Below, in pieces: positions 21,022 through 32,146 of a stretch of DNA of 64,000 nt; position 1 is the first letter of the stretch, and each line of letters opens with the position of its first letter. The notes under the pieces are model-generated. The model did not search any database. It was given only the letters and a program-made list of their open reading frames with translations, and was not told the origin of the DNA. A program made the position numbers and the translations under genes. The stretch is from an uncultured Alphaproteobacteria bacterium (GTDB lineage Bacteria > Pseudomonadota > Alphaproteobacteria > ATCC43930 > CGMCC-115725), in the NCBI GenBank assembly GCA_963803265.1, contig CAWDLZ010000017.1, positions 52,813 to 116,812 of the forward strand, in the 5' to 3' direction.

Positions 21022-22878
21022 ATGCAGCCTTGGGACGTGATCGTGATCGGCGGCGGCCATGCCGGATGCGAAGCCGCGTCTGCCGCTGCCCGGCTCGGCG
21101 CGCGAACGCTGCTGCTGACCCATCGCCGCGCCACTATCGGCGAGATGTCTTGCAATCCAGCGATCGGCGGCTTGGCGAAAGGACACTTAGTCCGGGAAGT
21201 TGACGCCCTCGACGGGGTGATGGGTCGCGCCATCGATCGCGCCGGCATCCAATTTCGCATCCTCAACCGCAGCAAGGGACCGGCGGTTCGAGGGCCGCGG
21301 GCTCAAGCGGACCGCAAGCTCTATCGCCGCGCCGCCCAGGAGATTCTGGCCGAGCAGGATGGGCTCACAATTCTGGAAGCGGCGGCGGACGATCTGCTGC
21401 GCGCTTCCGATGGCCGGGTGAGGGGCGTCGTGACGGAGCTAGGCGAAGCTCTGCTCGCCGGCGCGGTCGTGCTAACCGCCGGGACTTTCCTGCGCGGTCT
21501 TATTCATATCGGCGAGGAGAAGATCCCGGCCGGCCGCGTCGGCGAGGCACCAGCCTTGGCGCTCTCGGCGACGCTGAAGCACGCTGGATTTCGGCTCGGC
21601 CGCTTGAAGACAGGAACGCCGCCGCGGCTCGCCGGCAAGACCATCGATTGGGCTTCGCTCGAGGTCCAGCATGGCGACGATCCACCGCCGCCTTTCTCCT
21701 TTCTTACCAAGCGGATAACCACCCCGCAGCAAGTCTGCCACATCACGTCCACGACGCCTCAGGGCCATGAACTGATCCGCGCCAACCTGCACCGCGCGCC
21801 GATTTATTCTGGGCGGATCGAAGGCGTCGGGCCGCGCTATTGCCCCTCCATCGAGGACAAGGTCGTTCGATTTGCCAGCCGGGAGCGCCACCAGATCTTT
21901 CTCGAGCCGGAGGGGCTGGACGATGATACGGTCTATCCCAATGGGATTTCGACCTCATTGCCGCGCGAGGTGCAGGCGGCGCTGCTGAAGACGATTCCGG
22001 GTCTCGAACGCGCGGAAATGATCCGGCCGGGCTATGCGATCGAATATGATTTCGTCGATCCGCGGGAGCTGCGCCTCAGCTTGGAAGCAAAACGCGTTCC
22101 CGGGCTTTTCCTCGCCGGCCAGATCAATGGCACCACGGGCTATGAAGAGGCGGCGGCGCAGGGCCTTATCGCGGGGCTTAATGCCGCGCTATCGGCGGCC
22201 GGAGGGTCGGGCTTCGTGCTCGATCGCGCCAGCTCCTATATCGGGGTGTTGATCGACGATTTGGTGACGCGCGGCACGGAAGAGCCATATCGCATGTTCA
22301 CCTCGCGCGCGGAATATCGCCTCAGCCTGCGCGCTGACAACGCCGATCAGCGGCTGACCCCGCTGGGCATGGCCCTTGGCTGCGTAGGACGCGAGCGGGC
22401 GGCCGGCTTTTCAGCCAAGCTCGCCGCGCTCGAGAGGGCGCGCGCTCTCGTGCGATCCTTGGCCCTCAGCCCGGAACGGCTCAAAAGGCGCGGTTTCGCG
22501 GTCAGCGGGGACGGGGTGAAGCGCACGGCCGCCGATCTTCTCAGCCATCCGGACATCGATCTCCGTCGCCTGGCCGAGCTCTGGCCCGAACTGGCGGAAC
22601 TGCCGGCCGAGATTGCCGAGCAGATCGAAATCGACGGGCGCTATGCCGGTTATCTCGAGCGGCAGAGCGCGGAAATCCAGGCGTTTCGGCGCGATGAAGG
22701 GCTGATGTTGCCGGGCGATCTCGATTACGCCGCGATCGGTAGTCTTTCGAGCGAGATTCGGATCAAACTCGACGCGATTCGGCCAGCAAATCTCGGCGCG
22801 GCGGCGCGAATTTCCGGCGTCACCCCGGCGGCGCTGATCGCGTTGCTTCGATATGTCGATCGCGCGGGCACGGCATGA
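21022..22878 (+). CDS. mnmG: tRNA uridine-5-carboxymethylaminomethyl synthesis enzyme MnmG (GidA)
   Basis: 618 aa. FAD motif [13 protein letters not shown] and a full-length GidA pattern. Confidence 0.95.
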   Translation: MQPWDVIVIGGGHAGCEAASAAARLGARTLLLTHRRATIGEMSCNPAIGGLAKGHLVREVDALDGVMGRAIDRAGIQFRILNRSKGPAVRGPRAQADRKLYRRAAQEILAEQDGLTILEAAADDLLRASDGRVRGVVTELGEALLAGAVVLTAGTFLRGLIHIGEEKIPAGRVGEAPALALSATLKHAGFRLGRLKTGTPPRLAGKTIDWASLEVQHGDDPPPPFSFLTKRITTPQQVCHITSTTPQGHELIRANLHRAPIYSGRIEGVGPRYCPSIEDKVVRFASRERHQIFLEPEGLDDDTVYPNGISTSLPREVQAALLKTIPGLERAEMIRPGYAIEYDFVDPRELRLSLEAKRVPGLFLAGQINGTTGYEEAAAQGLIAGLNAALSAAGGSGFVLDRASSYIGVLIDDLVTRGTEEPYRMFTSRAEYRLSLRADNADQRLTPLGMALGCVGRERAAGFSAKLAALERARALVRSLALSPERLKRRGFAVSGDGVKRTAADLLSHPDIDLRRLAELWPELAELPAEIAEQIEIDGRYAGYLERQSAEIQAFRRDEGLMLPGDLDYAAIGSLSSEIRIKLDAIRPANLGAAARISGVTPAALIALLRYVDRAGTA

Positions 22879-23528
22879 ACCCGCTGAAAATGGCGGATTC
22901 CCGGCCCGTTCGGATGGCGCTCACGCCCGAGGGCTTCGCCCGGATCGCCAATGTTTCACGTGAAACACTCGAGCGGTTGAAGCTTTACGTCGATCTGCTG
23001 GTCTCCTGGAACCGCCGCATCAATCTGGTCGGCCGTAACACCATCGGCGATGTCTGGCGCCGGCATATCCTGGATTCGGCGCAGCTTTATCGGCTGCTAT
23101 CGCCACACACGCGAATCCTCGTCGATCTCGGCTCGGGGGCGGGGCTGCCTGGGCTCGTACTGGCGATCATGGGCGTGCCCGAGGTTCACCTCGTCGAATC
23201 CGATCAACGCAAGGCCAGCTTCCTGCGCGAGGCCGTCCGGCTCACCGGCACGACCGTGTCGGTTCACGCCGAACGCGCGGAAACGATGAAAACTTTCGTG
23301 GCCGACGCGGTGACGGCGCGGGCCTTGGCGCCCCTCTTGCAACTCCTTGATCTATCAGATAAATTTTGCAGCGTTAGGACCCTTCGCTGGTTCCTGAAGG
23401 GCGCCTCGGTCGAGCCTGAGCTGGCCGAGATCGCAGGGCGGGCACTATCGATCGATCGCATCCAGAGCGCGACCGATCCGGCCGGCACTATCCTGAGGAT
23501 CGCGGCGCGGCGGAGCGCCCGACCATGA
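22875..23528 (+). CDS. rsmG: 16S rRNA (guanine527-N7)-methyltransferase RsmG (GidB)
   Basis: 217 aa. [13 protein letters not shown] motif and [11 protein letters not shown]-terminal motif. 4-nt overlaps on both sides. Confidence 0.9.
   Translation: MNPLKMADSRPVRMALTPEGFARIANVSRETLERLKLYVDLLVSWNRRINLVGRNTIGDVWRRHILDSAQLYRLLSPHTRILVDLGSGAGLPGLVLAIMGVPEVHLVESDQRKASFLREAVRLTGTTVSVHAERAETMKTFVADAVTARALAPLLQLLDLSDKFCSVRTLRWFLKGASVEPELAEIAGRALSIDRIQSATDPAGTILRIAARRSARP
22952..22967. promoter_or_regulatory. parS centromere site (perfect TGTTTCACGTGAAACA) inside the rsmG coding sequence
   Basis: Exact 16-bp palindrome that encodes the VSRET motif of RsmG. Confidence 0.8.
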
Positions 23529-24331
23529 CCGACCCGGACAGCGCAAGCCTGCGCGCGCCGCGTATCATCGCGATCGCCAACCAGAAGGGCGGGGTAGGGA
23601 AGACCACGACGGCGGTCAATCTCGCGACCGCGCTGGCGGCGGCGGGCGAACGCGTGCTGCTGATCGATCTCGACCCGCAAGGCAACGCCTCGACGGGTCT
23701 CGGCATTCCGCCGCGCCAGCGCTCGGTGACGAGCTATCAGGTTGTCTCGGGCGAGCGCGACATCAGGGACGCGATCGTGCCGACGGCGGTGCCGCGCCTC
23801 GCGCTCTTGCCGGCTTCGGTCGAGCTGGCCGGCGCCGAGCTCGAGCTAGTGACCGAGGCGCGGCGCGAATACCGCCTCGCCGACGCGCTGAGCGCGGCGG
23901 TCCTGCCGTTCGATTATGTGCTCATCGATTGCCCACCCTCGCTCGGGCTCTTGACGCTCAATGCCCTCTGCGCCGCGCAGGCCGTCCTCGTGCCGCTGCA
24001 ATGCGAGTTCTACGCGCTCGAAGGCTTGTCGCATTTGATCAAGACGATCGAGCGGGTGAAACACCATCTCAATCCGGCGCTCGAGATTCAAGGCGTGGTG
24101 CTGACCATGTTCGACACGCGCAACAATCTCTCGAATTCCGTCGCGGCCGACGTTCGCGAGCATCTCGGCGACAAGGTCTACGACACGGTGATTCCGCGCA
24201 ACGTGCGCATTTCCGAAGCACCCTCGCATGGCAAGCCGGTGCTGCTCTATGATTTTCGCTGCCCGGGCGCGCAGGCCTATGTTCATCTCGCCAGCGAAGT
24301 GCTGAAACGAGAACGGAGGGTGACGCCATGA
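23525..24331 (+). CDS. parA: Chromosome partitioning ATPase ParA
   Basis: 268 aa. Deviant Walker A NQKGGVGKTTT. Confidence 0.95.
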   Translation: MTDPDSASLRAPRIIAIANQKGGVGKTTTAVNLATALAAAGERVLLIDLDPQGNASTGLGIPPRQRSVTSYQVVSGERDIRDAIVPTAVPRLALLPASVELAGAELELVTEARREYRLADALSAAVLPFDYVLIDCPPSLGLLTLNALCAAQAVLVPLQCEFYALEGLSHLIKTIERVKHHLNPALEIQGVVLTMFDTRNNLSNSVAADVREHLGDKVYDTVIPRNVRISEAPSHGKPVLLYDFRCPGAQAYVHLASEVLKRERRVTP

Positions 24332-25203
24332 GCGACGCGAAGCGGCCGCGGGCGTCGCCGCGCGGCCTCGGCCGCGGGCTCTCGGCGCTCTTCGGCGAGG
24401 ACGAGGTAGCGGCGCCCGCCGCCAGCCAGCACAGCGTCGCGATCGAATTGCTCGCGCCCGGGCGCTTTCAGCCGCGCCACAAGTTCGACGAGGAGAGCAT
24501 GCGGGCGCTGACGGAGTCGGTGCGCGCGCAAGGCATCCTTCAGCCGATCCTGGTGCGGCGCAATCCCGACAACGCCAACACCTACGAGATCCTCGCCGGC
24601 GAGCGGCGCTGGCGCGCGGCGCAAGGCGCGCAGCTCCACGAGGTTCCGGTGATCGTTCGCGAGCTCGACGACCGCGCGGCGTCAGAGATCGCGCTCGTCG
24701 AGAACATCCAGCGCGAGGATCTGAACGCGATCGACGAGGCGCTAGGCTATCAGCGCTTGATCGACGAATTCGGCCACACCCAGGAAGCATTGGCGCTGGC
24801 GCTCGGCAAGAGCCGCAGCCACATCGCCAACACGCTGCGGCTTCTCAACTTGCCGAAGGAAGTGCAGGCCATGTGCGCCGATGGCCGCATCAGCGCCGGC
24901 CATGCCCGCGCCCTCGTTCTCGCGCGCGATCCCTTGGAGATCGCCAAGGACATCGTGCTGATGGGCCTGAGCGTGCGGCAAGTCGAGAACTATGTGAAGT
25001 CGGCAAACCGGGCGCCGAACGACACGGGCAGGAAGCCGCCGCCCAAGGACCCCAACATCCGCGCGCTCGAGCAGGAGCTGACCACAAGTCTCGGGCTCAA
25101 GGTGACGATCGCCACGCAGGGCGCGGGCGGATCGCTTACGATCAAGTACCGCAGCCTCGACCAGCTCGATGCGGTCCTGGCGAAGCTGAGGGCGGGGCAA
25201 TGA
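24328..25203 (+). CDS. parB: Chromosome partitioning protein ParB
   Basis: 291 aa. GLGRGLSAL, the ILAGERRWRAA ParB box and a central HTH. Confidence 0.95.
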   Translation: MSDAKRPRASPRGLGRGLSALFGEDEVAAPAASQHSVAIELLAPGRFQPRHKFDEESMRALTESVRAQGILQPILVRRNPDNANTYEILAGERRWRAAQGAQLHEVPVIVRELDDRAASEIALVENIQREDLNAIDEALGYQRLIDEFGHTQEALALALGKSRSHIANTLRLLNLPKEVQAMCADGRISAGHARALVLARDPLEIAKDIVLMGLSVRQVENYVKSANRAPNDTGRKPPPKDPNIRALEQELTTSLGLKVTIATQGAGGSLTIKYRSLDQLDAVLAKLRAGQ

Positions 25204-25335
25204 GAACCGTCGGGCGCGCCTCTCGCGTCGGCGGCTCAACTCAGTATTCGGCGCGTTCCATAGGGGCCGGCTGCGTGCCAAGGAATATCGCGCTCGCCTG
25301 GCGCCCGATGCGCTTTTGCTTCAGCCGGCAAGCGC

Positions 25336-25662
25336 TCAATAACGCACCGCGAGCCAAATGGTCGGCTCGCTGCTGGCCGTCCACTCGACGCGGTGCCGGC
25401 ACTGCGCCGGGATGGCGACATAATCGCCCGGCGCTAAAACGCGCGGGGCAACTTCGCCCTCGAAGCGAAGCGCGGCCGAGCCCCTCAGCACCATTACCCA
25501 CTCCGCGCGCTCCTGGACGAGCCATTCGCCCGCAGGCGTCGCCTGACCTCGGCTGACGATCCGCTCGATCCGGAAATGCGGCGAGGACAGCACGTCGCGG
25601 AATTCTTCCGCCTCGAGTTGCTCCGGGATATTCGCGTAGAGATTGCCACTCTTTTCCGTCAC
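25336..25662 (-). CDS. Cupin domain-containing protein
   Basis: 108 aa. Small beta-barrel pattern (EWVMVLRGSAALRFEG...PGDYVAIPAQCRHRVEW). Confidence 0.7.
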   Translation of the reverse strand: MTEKSGNLYANIPEQLEAEEFRDVLSSPHFRIERIVSRGQATPAGEWLVQERAEWVMVLRGSAALRFEGEVAPRVLAPGDYVAIPAQCRHRVEWTASSEPTIWLAVRY

Positions 25663-25665
25663 CGG

Positions 25666-26703
25666 CTAACGTCGCGCTTTCGCCGCCGCGGCGCCGCGGG
25701 CGATGCGCAGCAACGCGGCGCGGCAGACGGTCTCGGGCGGCAGCCCCGTAGTCTTCGCTTGTCGCTCGCCCTCGTCGAGTGCCTCGAGCGCGGCGGCGGC
25801 GCGCGGCAGGGGCCATAATCGCAATTCGCGCTTGAAGCGATCCACGAACTTGAAAAACACCGGCGGCCGCAGCTTGCCGAGCGCGTCCTCGTCGTTGCTC
25901 CCCGCCGCAAGCCGCGCCCCCGCGAGGTGGAGGCGCTGGAAGTGACGCAGCGCCGCGCGTAGCACCGTCACCGGCTGCGCGCCTTCGCCGAAGGCGCGGG
26001 CAAGCGCGCGCTCCAAAAGTGCTGTGTCGCCATCGGCCGCGGCGAAGACGACATCGTCGATCGACAGCTCGGCGTCGTCGCCCACGACGGCGATCGCCTC
26101 GTCCTCGCCGATCACGCCGCCATCGCCGACATAAAGCGCGAGCTTCTCCAGTTCCCTCCGGCTGACCATGCGGTCGCCACCCAGATGCGCGGCGAGATAC
26201 TGAGCCGCCTCGGGCTTGAGCTTTATGTTGTGGGCGCCGAGCGATTCGCGCGCGAGCTCGCCGATCTCACGCGGGCCGTCGCGATAGCACGCCAGCGCCG
26301 CTGCCGTTTTGGCGCTCTCGAAGGCGCGGCGAAGGCTCGAGCGCGGCGGCAGATCGCCGGCCTCGACCAGCACGAAGGCATCGCCCGGCGGCGGCGCTTT
26401 GAAGAACCGGTCGAAGATCGCGCCCACCCCGTCGCCGCCGTCGCGCACCCGGATGAGCCGCCGCCCGCCGGCCAGGCAAAGGCTCGCAGCTTCGTCATTG
26501 AGGCTCGCCTCGTCCGCGGCGAGCCGGTCGCCGTCGAGTTCGGCGACGCGAAACGCGTCGGCGAGATCGGGGCAGATCGCGCCCGCGATCCGGTCGGCGC
26601 GCTCGCGAACGAGACCGGCATCGGGCCCATATACCAGCGCCGCGCGCAACGCTGAATCGGGCGCGGCGAGGAAGGCCGCGACCCGCTGCGCCGGCAGCTT
26701 CAT
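25666..26703 (-). CDS. holA: DNA polymerase III subunit delta
   Basis: 345 aa. ALVYGPDAGLVRERA N-terminus and the conserved leuS-lptE-holA order. Confidence 0.8.
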   Translation of the reverse strand: MKLPAQRVAAFLAAPDSALRAALVYGPDAGLVRERADRIAGAICPDLADAFRVAELDGDRLAADEASLNDEAASLCLAGGRRLIRVRDGGDGVGAIFDRFFKAPPPGDAFVLVEAGDLPPRSSLRRAFESAKTAAALACYRDGPREIGELARESLGAHNIKLKPEAAQYLAAHLGGDRMVSRRELEKLALYVGDGGVIGEDEAIAVVGDDAELSIDDVVFAAADGDTALLERALARAFGEGAQPVTVLRAALRHFQRLHLAGARLAAGSNDEDALGKLRPPVFFKFVDRFKRELRLWPLPRAAAALEALDEGERQAKTTGLPPETVCRAALLRIARGAAAAKARR

Positions 26704-27236
26704 TTGCCGCTCGCCGCTTTGGCGCGTTGCTGGCGGACGAACAGCGCCATGCGCAACGTCATCTCGTCGGCGACCTCTTTCAGCGCGCGGTCGCGCGCGT
26801 CGAGGCTGGCCACTTGGGTTGCGTAGGCATCGGGGTAAAAATCGAAATCGCCGATCGCGCGGCTGAAGCTTGTGTAAAGCACCGCGCCGGTCTTGACGTC
26901 GGAAATGGTGAAATTGGCGATTACCTGGATCTCGCTGCTGGTCGAGGTCGCGTTGCGCTGAATGTTGAGATCGTTGCGCGTCACGGTTAGCACGGTCGCG
27001 AGGTGCCAGCGCGGCGGCACCGACTGGCCGCCGGGGTTGAGGCTTTCGCGCAGCGCGAGCTGAAGAATCTGTCCGGGCCGATCAGAGATCGGCGCCACCG
27101 CGATCGCCGCCAGGTCGGGGTCCCAAGCCTGCGTCCCGCGCGGGGCGTTCAACGGACGAAATCCGCATCCGGCCAAGGGCGCCAGCGCCAGGAGCAGAAC
27201 GCTCCGCCGCGACCATGCGGAGCTAGACCACGACAT
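26700..27236 (-). CDS. lptE: LPS-assembly lipoprotein LptE
   Basis: Start chosen at [29 protein letters not shown] (lipobox LAGC). It overlaps the leuS stop. The longer ORF to 27314 would lie inside leuS. Confidence 0.75.
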   Translation of the reverse strand: MSWSSSAWSRRSVLLLALAPLAGCGFRPLNAPRGTQAWDPDLAAIAVAPISDRPGQILQLALRESLNPGGQSVPPRWHLATVLTVTRNDLNIQRNATSTSSEIQVIANFTISDVKTGAVLYTSFSRAIGDFDFYPDAYATQVASLDARDRALKEVADEMTLRMALFVRQQRAKAASGK

Positions 27237-29788
27237 TGACGATCCGGTTGGGCACGACAATGGTCTTGCGCGGCGCTTTGCCATTGAGCGCCCTGGCCAC
27301 GGTCGGCAGGGCAAGCGCCGCCGCCGCCGCCTCCTCCTCGCCGGTGTCGCGCGGCAGGTCGACCGTGCCTCTCAGCTTGCCATTGACCTGCACTGCCACC
27401 GTCACGGTGTCTTCCGTCGCGACGGCGGGATCGAAAGACGGCCATTTCTCGTCGGCAAGCAGCCCACCGTCCGGCCGCAGCGCCTGCCACAATTCCTCGC
27501 CGAGATGCGGCATCATCGGTCCGATCAGGTGCACCGCCGCCTCCAGCCCCTCGCGCAGCACCATGCCGGCGCCCTGATCTTCCTTTATTTCCTCGAGAAG
27601 ATTGGTCAGCTCGCGGATGCGCGCCACGCCCCGATTTAAGCGGAATTTGTCGAGGTCGTCGGTGACGTCGCGGATAGTGCGGTGGATCGCGCTGCGAAGC
27701 TGGGCCAGCGCGGGGGCGAGCCGTTCCGGGCCGCGCGCGCCGACGACCCCCAGCTTCACCGGCGGGTCGATCACCACGCGATGGAGACGATTGACGTAGC
27801 GCCACGCGCCCTCGATGCCGGCATCGGTCCATTCGAGGTCGCGCTCGGGCGGGCTGTCGGACAGCAGGTAAAGCCGCGCCGTGTCCGCTCCGTAAGTCTC
27901 CACGATCGTATCGAGGCCGACGAGGTTCTTGTGCGATTTCGACATCTTCTCGATACGGCCGACGGTCACCTCCCGTCCCGCGGCGTCGCTAGCGGTGCCG
28001 TCGTCGCGCTTCGTTACCTCCGTGGGGAACAGCCATTCGCCAGCGGCGTTCCGATAGGTTTCGTGGCACACCATGCCCTGGGTGAACAGGCCGGCGAAGG
28101 GTTCTTTCAGCTCGAGATAGCCGCAGCGCCCGAGCACGCGGGTAAAGAAGCGCGAATAGAGGAGATGGAGCACCGCATGCTCGATGCCACCGATATACTG
28201 ATCGACCGGCAGCCAGTAATCGACCTCGGATCGCACCATCGCGGTGGCAGCGCGCGGCGAGCAAAAGCGCGCGAAATACCATGACGATTCGAAGAAGGTA
28301 TCGAAGGTGTCGGTCTCGCGCGTCGCGGCTCCGCCGCAGCTCGGGCACGCGACATGCTTCCAGCTCGGGTGATGGTCGAGCGGGTTTCCCGGCTGGTCGA
28401 ACCGCACGTCCTCGGGCAGCGTTACTGGCAGGTCGCGCTCGGGCACCGGCACGATCCCGCATTCGCCGCAGTGAATAACGGGAATCGGGCAACCCCAATA
28501 GCGCTGGCGCGAGACCCCCCAATCGCGCAAACGATAGGCGATGGTGCGCTCGCCGCGGCGCAGCTCGGTCAGGCGCTTCGTTGCCGCGCGCTTGGCCTCC
28601 GCGACTTCGAGGCCGTTGAGGAAATCCGAATTGAACGCCGTGCCCGCGGCCTCGGTATAGGCTTCCTTGCCGATCGCGAAGCTCAGCGGATCGGCGTCGG
28701 GCGGCAGCACCACCGGTTTTACAGCCAAGCCATATTTGCGGGCGAAATCGAGATCGCGCTGGTCGTGCGCTGGGCAGCCGAAGATCGCGCCAGTGCCGTA
28801 TTCCATGAGGCACGAAATTCGCGACATAGACCGGCAGCTCCCAGCCCGGCACGAAGGGATGAAGCGCCTTGAGCCCGGTGTCGAAGCCGCGCTTCTCGGC
28901 GGTCTCGAGCACCGCCTCGCTGGTGCCCATGCGGTTGCATTCGGCGATGAACGCCGCCAGTCCCGGATTGCGCGCCGCCAATTCGGCGGCCACCGGATGG
29001 CTGGGCGCGATCGCGCAGAACGCCGCGCCGTAGAGCGTGTCGGGCCTGGTGGTGAAGACTTCAAGCGCGCCATCGCGGCCCTTCAGCGCGAAGAAAACGC
29101 GCGCGCCTTCGGATCGCCCGATCCAATTTTCCTGCATCACGCGCACGCGCTCGGGCCAGCGCTCGAGCGCCCGCAACCCGTCGAGGAGCTCGTCGGCAAA
29201 CTCGGTGATCTTCAAGAACCATTGCGAGAGCAGGCGCTTTTCCACGAGCGCGCCCGAGCGCCACCCGCGGCCGTCGATCACTTGCTCGTTCGCGAGCACG
29301 CTGGCCTCAATGGGGTCCCAATTGACCCAGGATTCCTTGCGATAAGCGAAGCCCTCCGCCAGGAAATCGAGGAACATCTTCTGCTCGTGACGGTAATACT
29401 GCGGATGGCAGGTCGCGATCTCGCGCCGCCAGTCATAGGAAAGCCCCATCCGAATCAACTGCTCGCGCATCACCGCGATGTTCTGCAGCGTCCAGGTCGC
29501 GGGGTGGACCTTGCTCGCGATCGCCGCATTCTCGGCGGGCAAGCCAAACGCGTCCCATCCCATCGGATGCAATACGTTGTACCCCTGAGCGCGCTTGAAG
29601 CGCGCGACGACGTCGCCCATCGTGTAGTTGCGGACATGGCCGACATGGAGCGTGCCGGAAGGATAGGGAAACATCTCCAGCACGTAATATTTCGGCCGGC
29701 CCGGATCGGCCTCGACGTGAAACACGCCGCGGTCGCGCCATACCGCCTGCCACTTCTCCTCGGTCTCCTTCGCGTTGTAACGCGCCAT
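27223..29788 (-). pseudogene. leuS: Leucine--tRNA ligase, one +1 frameshift (probably a sequence error)
   Basis: [14 protein letters not shown]...[15 protein letters not shown] (HIGH)...VYVANFV in one frame continues as [28 protein letters not shown]...KMSKS... in the frame of ORF 27223-29073. The extra base is at 28810. Length is 2566 nt = 3n+1. Confidence 0.9.
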
Positions 29789-29835
29789 GGCGCGAAGGCC
29801 ACGCGGTGCCTCGGATTGTCTGTCGGACGGGCGGA

Positions 29836-30453
29836 CTATTTCGCGACCGTGGACATGCGGAGCTCGCGCGCGCGCGCCAGAATCGCGTTCTCGATGTCGG
29901 TGCCGGTGGTCTGATCGACCGGGGCGTCGACCCATTGCCCGCTCGGACCCTTGTTTTGGCGGAACACCCGGGCGCGCACCCCGTCGGCGCGCAGATCGCG
30001 GCCGAGGATGAAGATATTCATCTTGAAGCGCTCGTTGGGCGTCTCGGGCGGACTGTACCAATCGGTCAGGATGGTGCCGCCGAACGGGTCAGCCGAGGCC
30101 AGCGGCATAAATGAAATGGTGTCGAGCGAGGCATGCCACAGGAAGCTGTTGACGCCGATCCCCGGGCCGCTGCCCGCTGTTGCGTCGTCCTTGTCCGGCG
30201 CGAACAATGCCGAAACGAAGCCGTGGGACTGGCCCGTGGGCAGGTTGCGATAATCGCCATAGACATCCGGCTCGGTATAGAGCGGGTCGGTGCCGTAAGG
30301 GTCTTGCGCGCGCCGCACGGCATCGGGATCGGTGTTGTTCGACCAGCGGTTCGGGTCGAACCAAGAGCAACCGCCCAGCAGGCCCAGCGCGAGGATGCAC
30401 AAGGCGATCTTGGCGCCAAACCCGCGGCCCCTGCGGACGATCGTGACGGACAT
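29836..30453 (-). CDS. DUF3576-like lipoprotein
   Basis: 205 aa. Lipobox LLGGCSWF and [34 protein letters not shown], typical of the family found beside leuS in alphaproteobacteria. Confidence 0.75.
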   Translation of the reverse strand: MSVTIVRRGRGFGAKIALCILALGLLGGCSWFDPNRWSNNTDPDAVRRAQDPYGTDPLYTEPDVYGDYRNLPTGQSHGFVSALFAPDKDDATAGSGPGIGVNSFLWHASLDTISFMPLASADPFGGTILTDWYSPPETPNERFKMNIFILGRDLRADGVRARVFRQNKGPSGQWVDAPVDQTTGTDIENAILARARELRMSTVAK

Positions 30454-30610
30454 GCCGAAGCTCCCTAAAGCTCCACTACCCGCGGCCTTCTCCCCGGCCC
30501 GGGCGGCGCCATTCTACCCCGGCGCCAGCGGAATTGTCGTTAAATCTTTGCTGGCGCTGCCCGGCGCGGCGAGGCTTGACCCGGCAAGCTTCGTCTTGCA
30601 GCCTCGGGCG

Positions 30611-31285
30611 ATGATCGAGGCCGACCCGATCGCGGGCAATCTTGCCGCCGTGCACCGGCGCATCGCGGCGGCTTGCCGTGAGGCCGGCCGAGACCCGGCC
30701 GGGGTTACCCTGGTCGCGGTTTCGAAGACCCACGGCCAAGACGCCGTCGCCGCCGCGCTCGCCGCCGGCCAGCGCATCTTCGGCGAGAACCGCGTGCAGG
30801 AAGCCGCGGCGAAATATCCCGCGCTCAAGGCCCGGTTCCCCGACCTTCGCCTGCACCTCATCGGTCCTTTGCAAACCAACAAGGTCAAGGAAGCGGTGGC
30901 GCTGTTCGACGCGATCGAAACCGTCGACCGGCCCCACCTCGCCGAGGTCTTGGCGAAGGAGATGGCGCGCCAAGACCGGCGGCTCCCGTGCTTCGTCGAG
31001 GTCAATATTGGTAACGAGACTCAAAAGGCCGGGGTCGCGCCCGATGCGGCCGACGCTTTCATCGCGCTGTGCCGCGCACGCTGGCAGCTCGATCTGCGCG
31101 GTCTGATGTGTATTCCGCCCGAAGGCCAGGACCCGGCGCCCTATTTCGCCGCGCTCGCCGCGGTCGCAAGGCGCAGCGGGCTGCCCGCGCTCAGCATGGG
31201 AATGTCGGCCGACTTCGAGATTGCGATACGCTGCGGCGCGACGCTGGTGCGGGTCGGCACCGCGATCTTCGGTCACAGAAACTAG
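30611..31285 (+). CDS. yggS: YggS-family pyridoxal-phosphate homeostasis protein
   Basis: Start taken at MIEADPIAGNL. VAVSKTH (PLP lysine), IFGENRVQE, HLIGPLQTNKV and SMGMSADFE motifs. Confidence 0.85.
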   Translation: MIEADPIAGNLAAVHRRIAAACREAGRDPAGVTLVAVSKTHGQDAVAAALAAGQRIFGENRVQEAAAKYPALKARFPDLRLHLIGPLQTNKVKEAVALFDAIETVDRPHLAEVLAKEMARQDRRLPCFVEVNIGNETQKAGVAPDAADAFIALCRARWQLDLRGLMCIPPEGQDPAPYFAALAAVARRSGLPALSMGMSADFEIAIRCGATLVRVGTAIFGHRN

Positions 31286-31286
31286 A

Positions 31287-31583
31287 ATGTCTACTAATGT
31301 CCAGGTCAGTTGCGTCAAGAAACGCGGGGATCAATACAGCCCCCACGAGCGCATCGAAGGGCTCGGTGGATTCCACGACGGGCAACGATGGTATCTAGAA
31401 GAAAGCGCCATCATCGCCGAGCTTGAAAAGCCCAACGCGAGTCGGCAATGGAGGTTCTACACCAGTGTCTCGCACCATTTCGCGTGCGTGATCGTCGCCA
31501 GCCACGATGGCCGGAAGTACCTCAAGACCCAAGCGGACAGCTATTCGCCCGCCAATCTGCTCACTTTGCCGAGTTGCCCCTGA
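31287..31583 (+). CDS. DUF3892 domain-containing small protein
   Basis: 98 aa from MSTNVQVSCVKKRGDQYSPHERIEGLGG...RKYLKTQADSYSPANLLTLPSC. Starts 2 nt after the yggS stop. Visibly lower GC than its neighbours. Confidence 0.7.
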   Translation: MSTNVQVSCVKKRGDQYSPHERIEGLGGFHDGQRWYLEESAIIAELEKPNASRQWRFYTSVSHHFACVIVASHDGRKYLKTQADSYSPANLLTLPSCP

Positions 31584-31587
31584 CCGC

Positions 31588-32082
31588 TTAAGCGATCACC
31601 ACGCGCGAATTCCGGTCGGCCGCGCCGAGCACGGCGAGAAGATCGGCGCGCGCGAGCGCGACGCAACCTGCGGTCGGCGAAAAATCGGCCGCGGCGAGAT
31701 GCAGGAAAATCGCGCTGCCCAGCCCCGGCACCACCGGATTGTCATTATAACCGAGCGTCACGATCAGGTCATAGCAAGGCTCGTCGCGCCATAGCGCTTC
31801 GGCGCTCGCCGGATAGGGCAGCCGGACGATGCGGTTGTAGTTGCCGTCCGCCGGCGCGTCGCACCAGCCATCGTCAGGCCGAATCGCTTGGCAAGGCAGC
31901 GCGGTTCGCGGCCTGGCTTCGCGATCGGGCCGATAGAGCAGGCGCCGCATCGCAAAGTCGCCCAGCGGCGTGGCGCCGTCGCCTTCGCTCTTGTTGGCGA
32001 TGACGCCGGTGCGCCCTAGCGCGCAGCGCATCCTGGCGCTGCCCCAGCGCGCGCGGCCGGTGCGGCCGATAAAAAGGTCCAT
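31588..32082 (-). CDS. L,D-transpeptidase (YkuD) family protein
   Basis: 164 aa. Catalytic His/Cys motif GSAIFLHLA...TAGCVAL. Confidence 0.75.
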   Translation of the reverse strand: MDLFIGRTGRARWGSARMRCALGRTGVIANKSEGDGATPLGDFAMRRLLYRPDREARPRTALPCQAIRPDDGWCDAPADGNYNRIVRLPYPASAEALWRDEPCYDLIVTLGYNDNPVVPGLGSAIFLHLAAADFSPTAGCVALARADLLAVLGAADRNSRVVIA

Positions 32083-32146
32083 GGCCTGAATGTGCCTTGC
32101 CCGATCCGTCAGGCGTGAACGATCTCGGCGGTTAAGAGCCTATATA

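Noticed and set aside
24051-24066. parS half-site (GTGAAACA) inside parA.
   Set aside because: Only the right half matches, and the left half is unrelated. A single 8-mer match is expected by chance.
27989-30061. 690-aa ORF suggesting a LeuRS with a 91-aa N-terminal extension and a long alternative C-terminus.
   Set aside because: The extension overlaps the DUF3576 gene region and is Arg-rich. The conserved LeuRS start [14 protein letters not shown] is at 29788. The tail after VANFV is out-of-frame sequence caused by the insertion at 28810.
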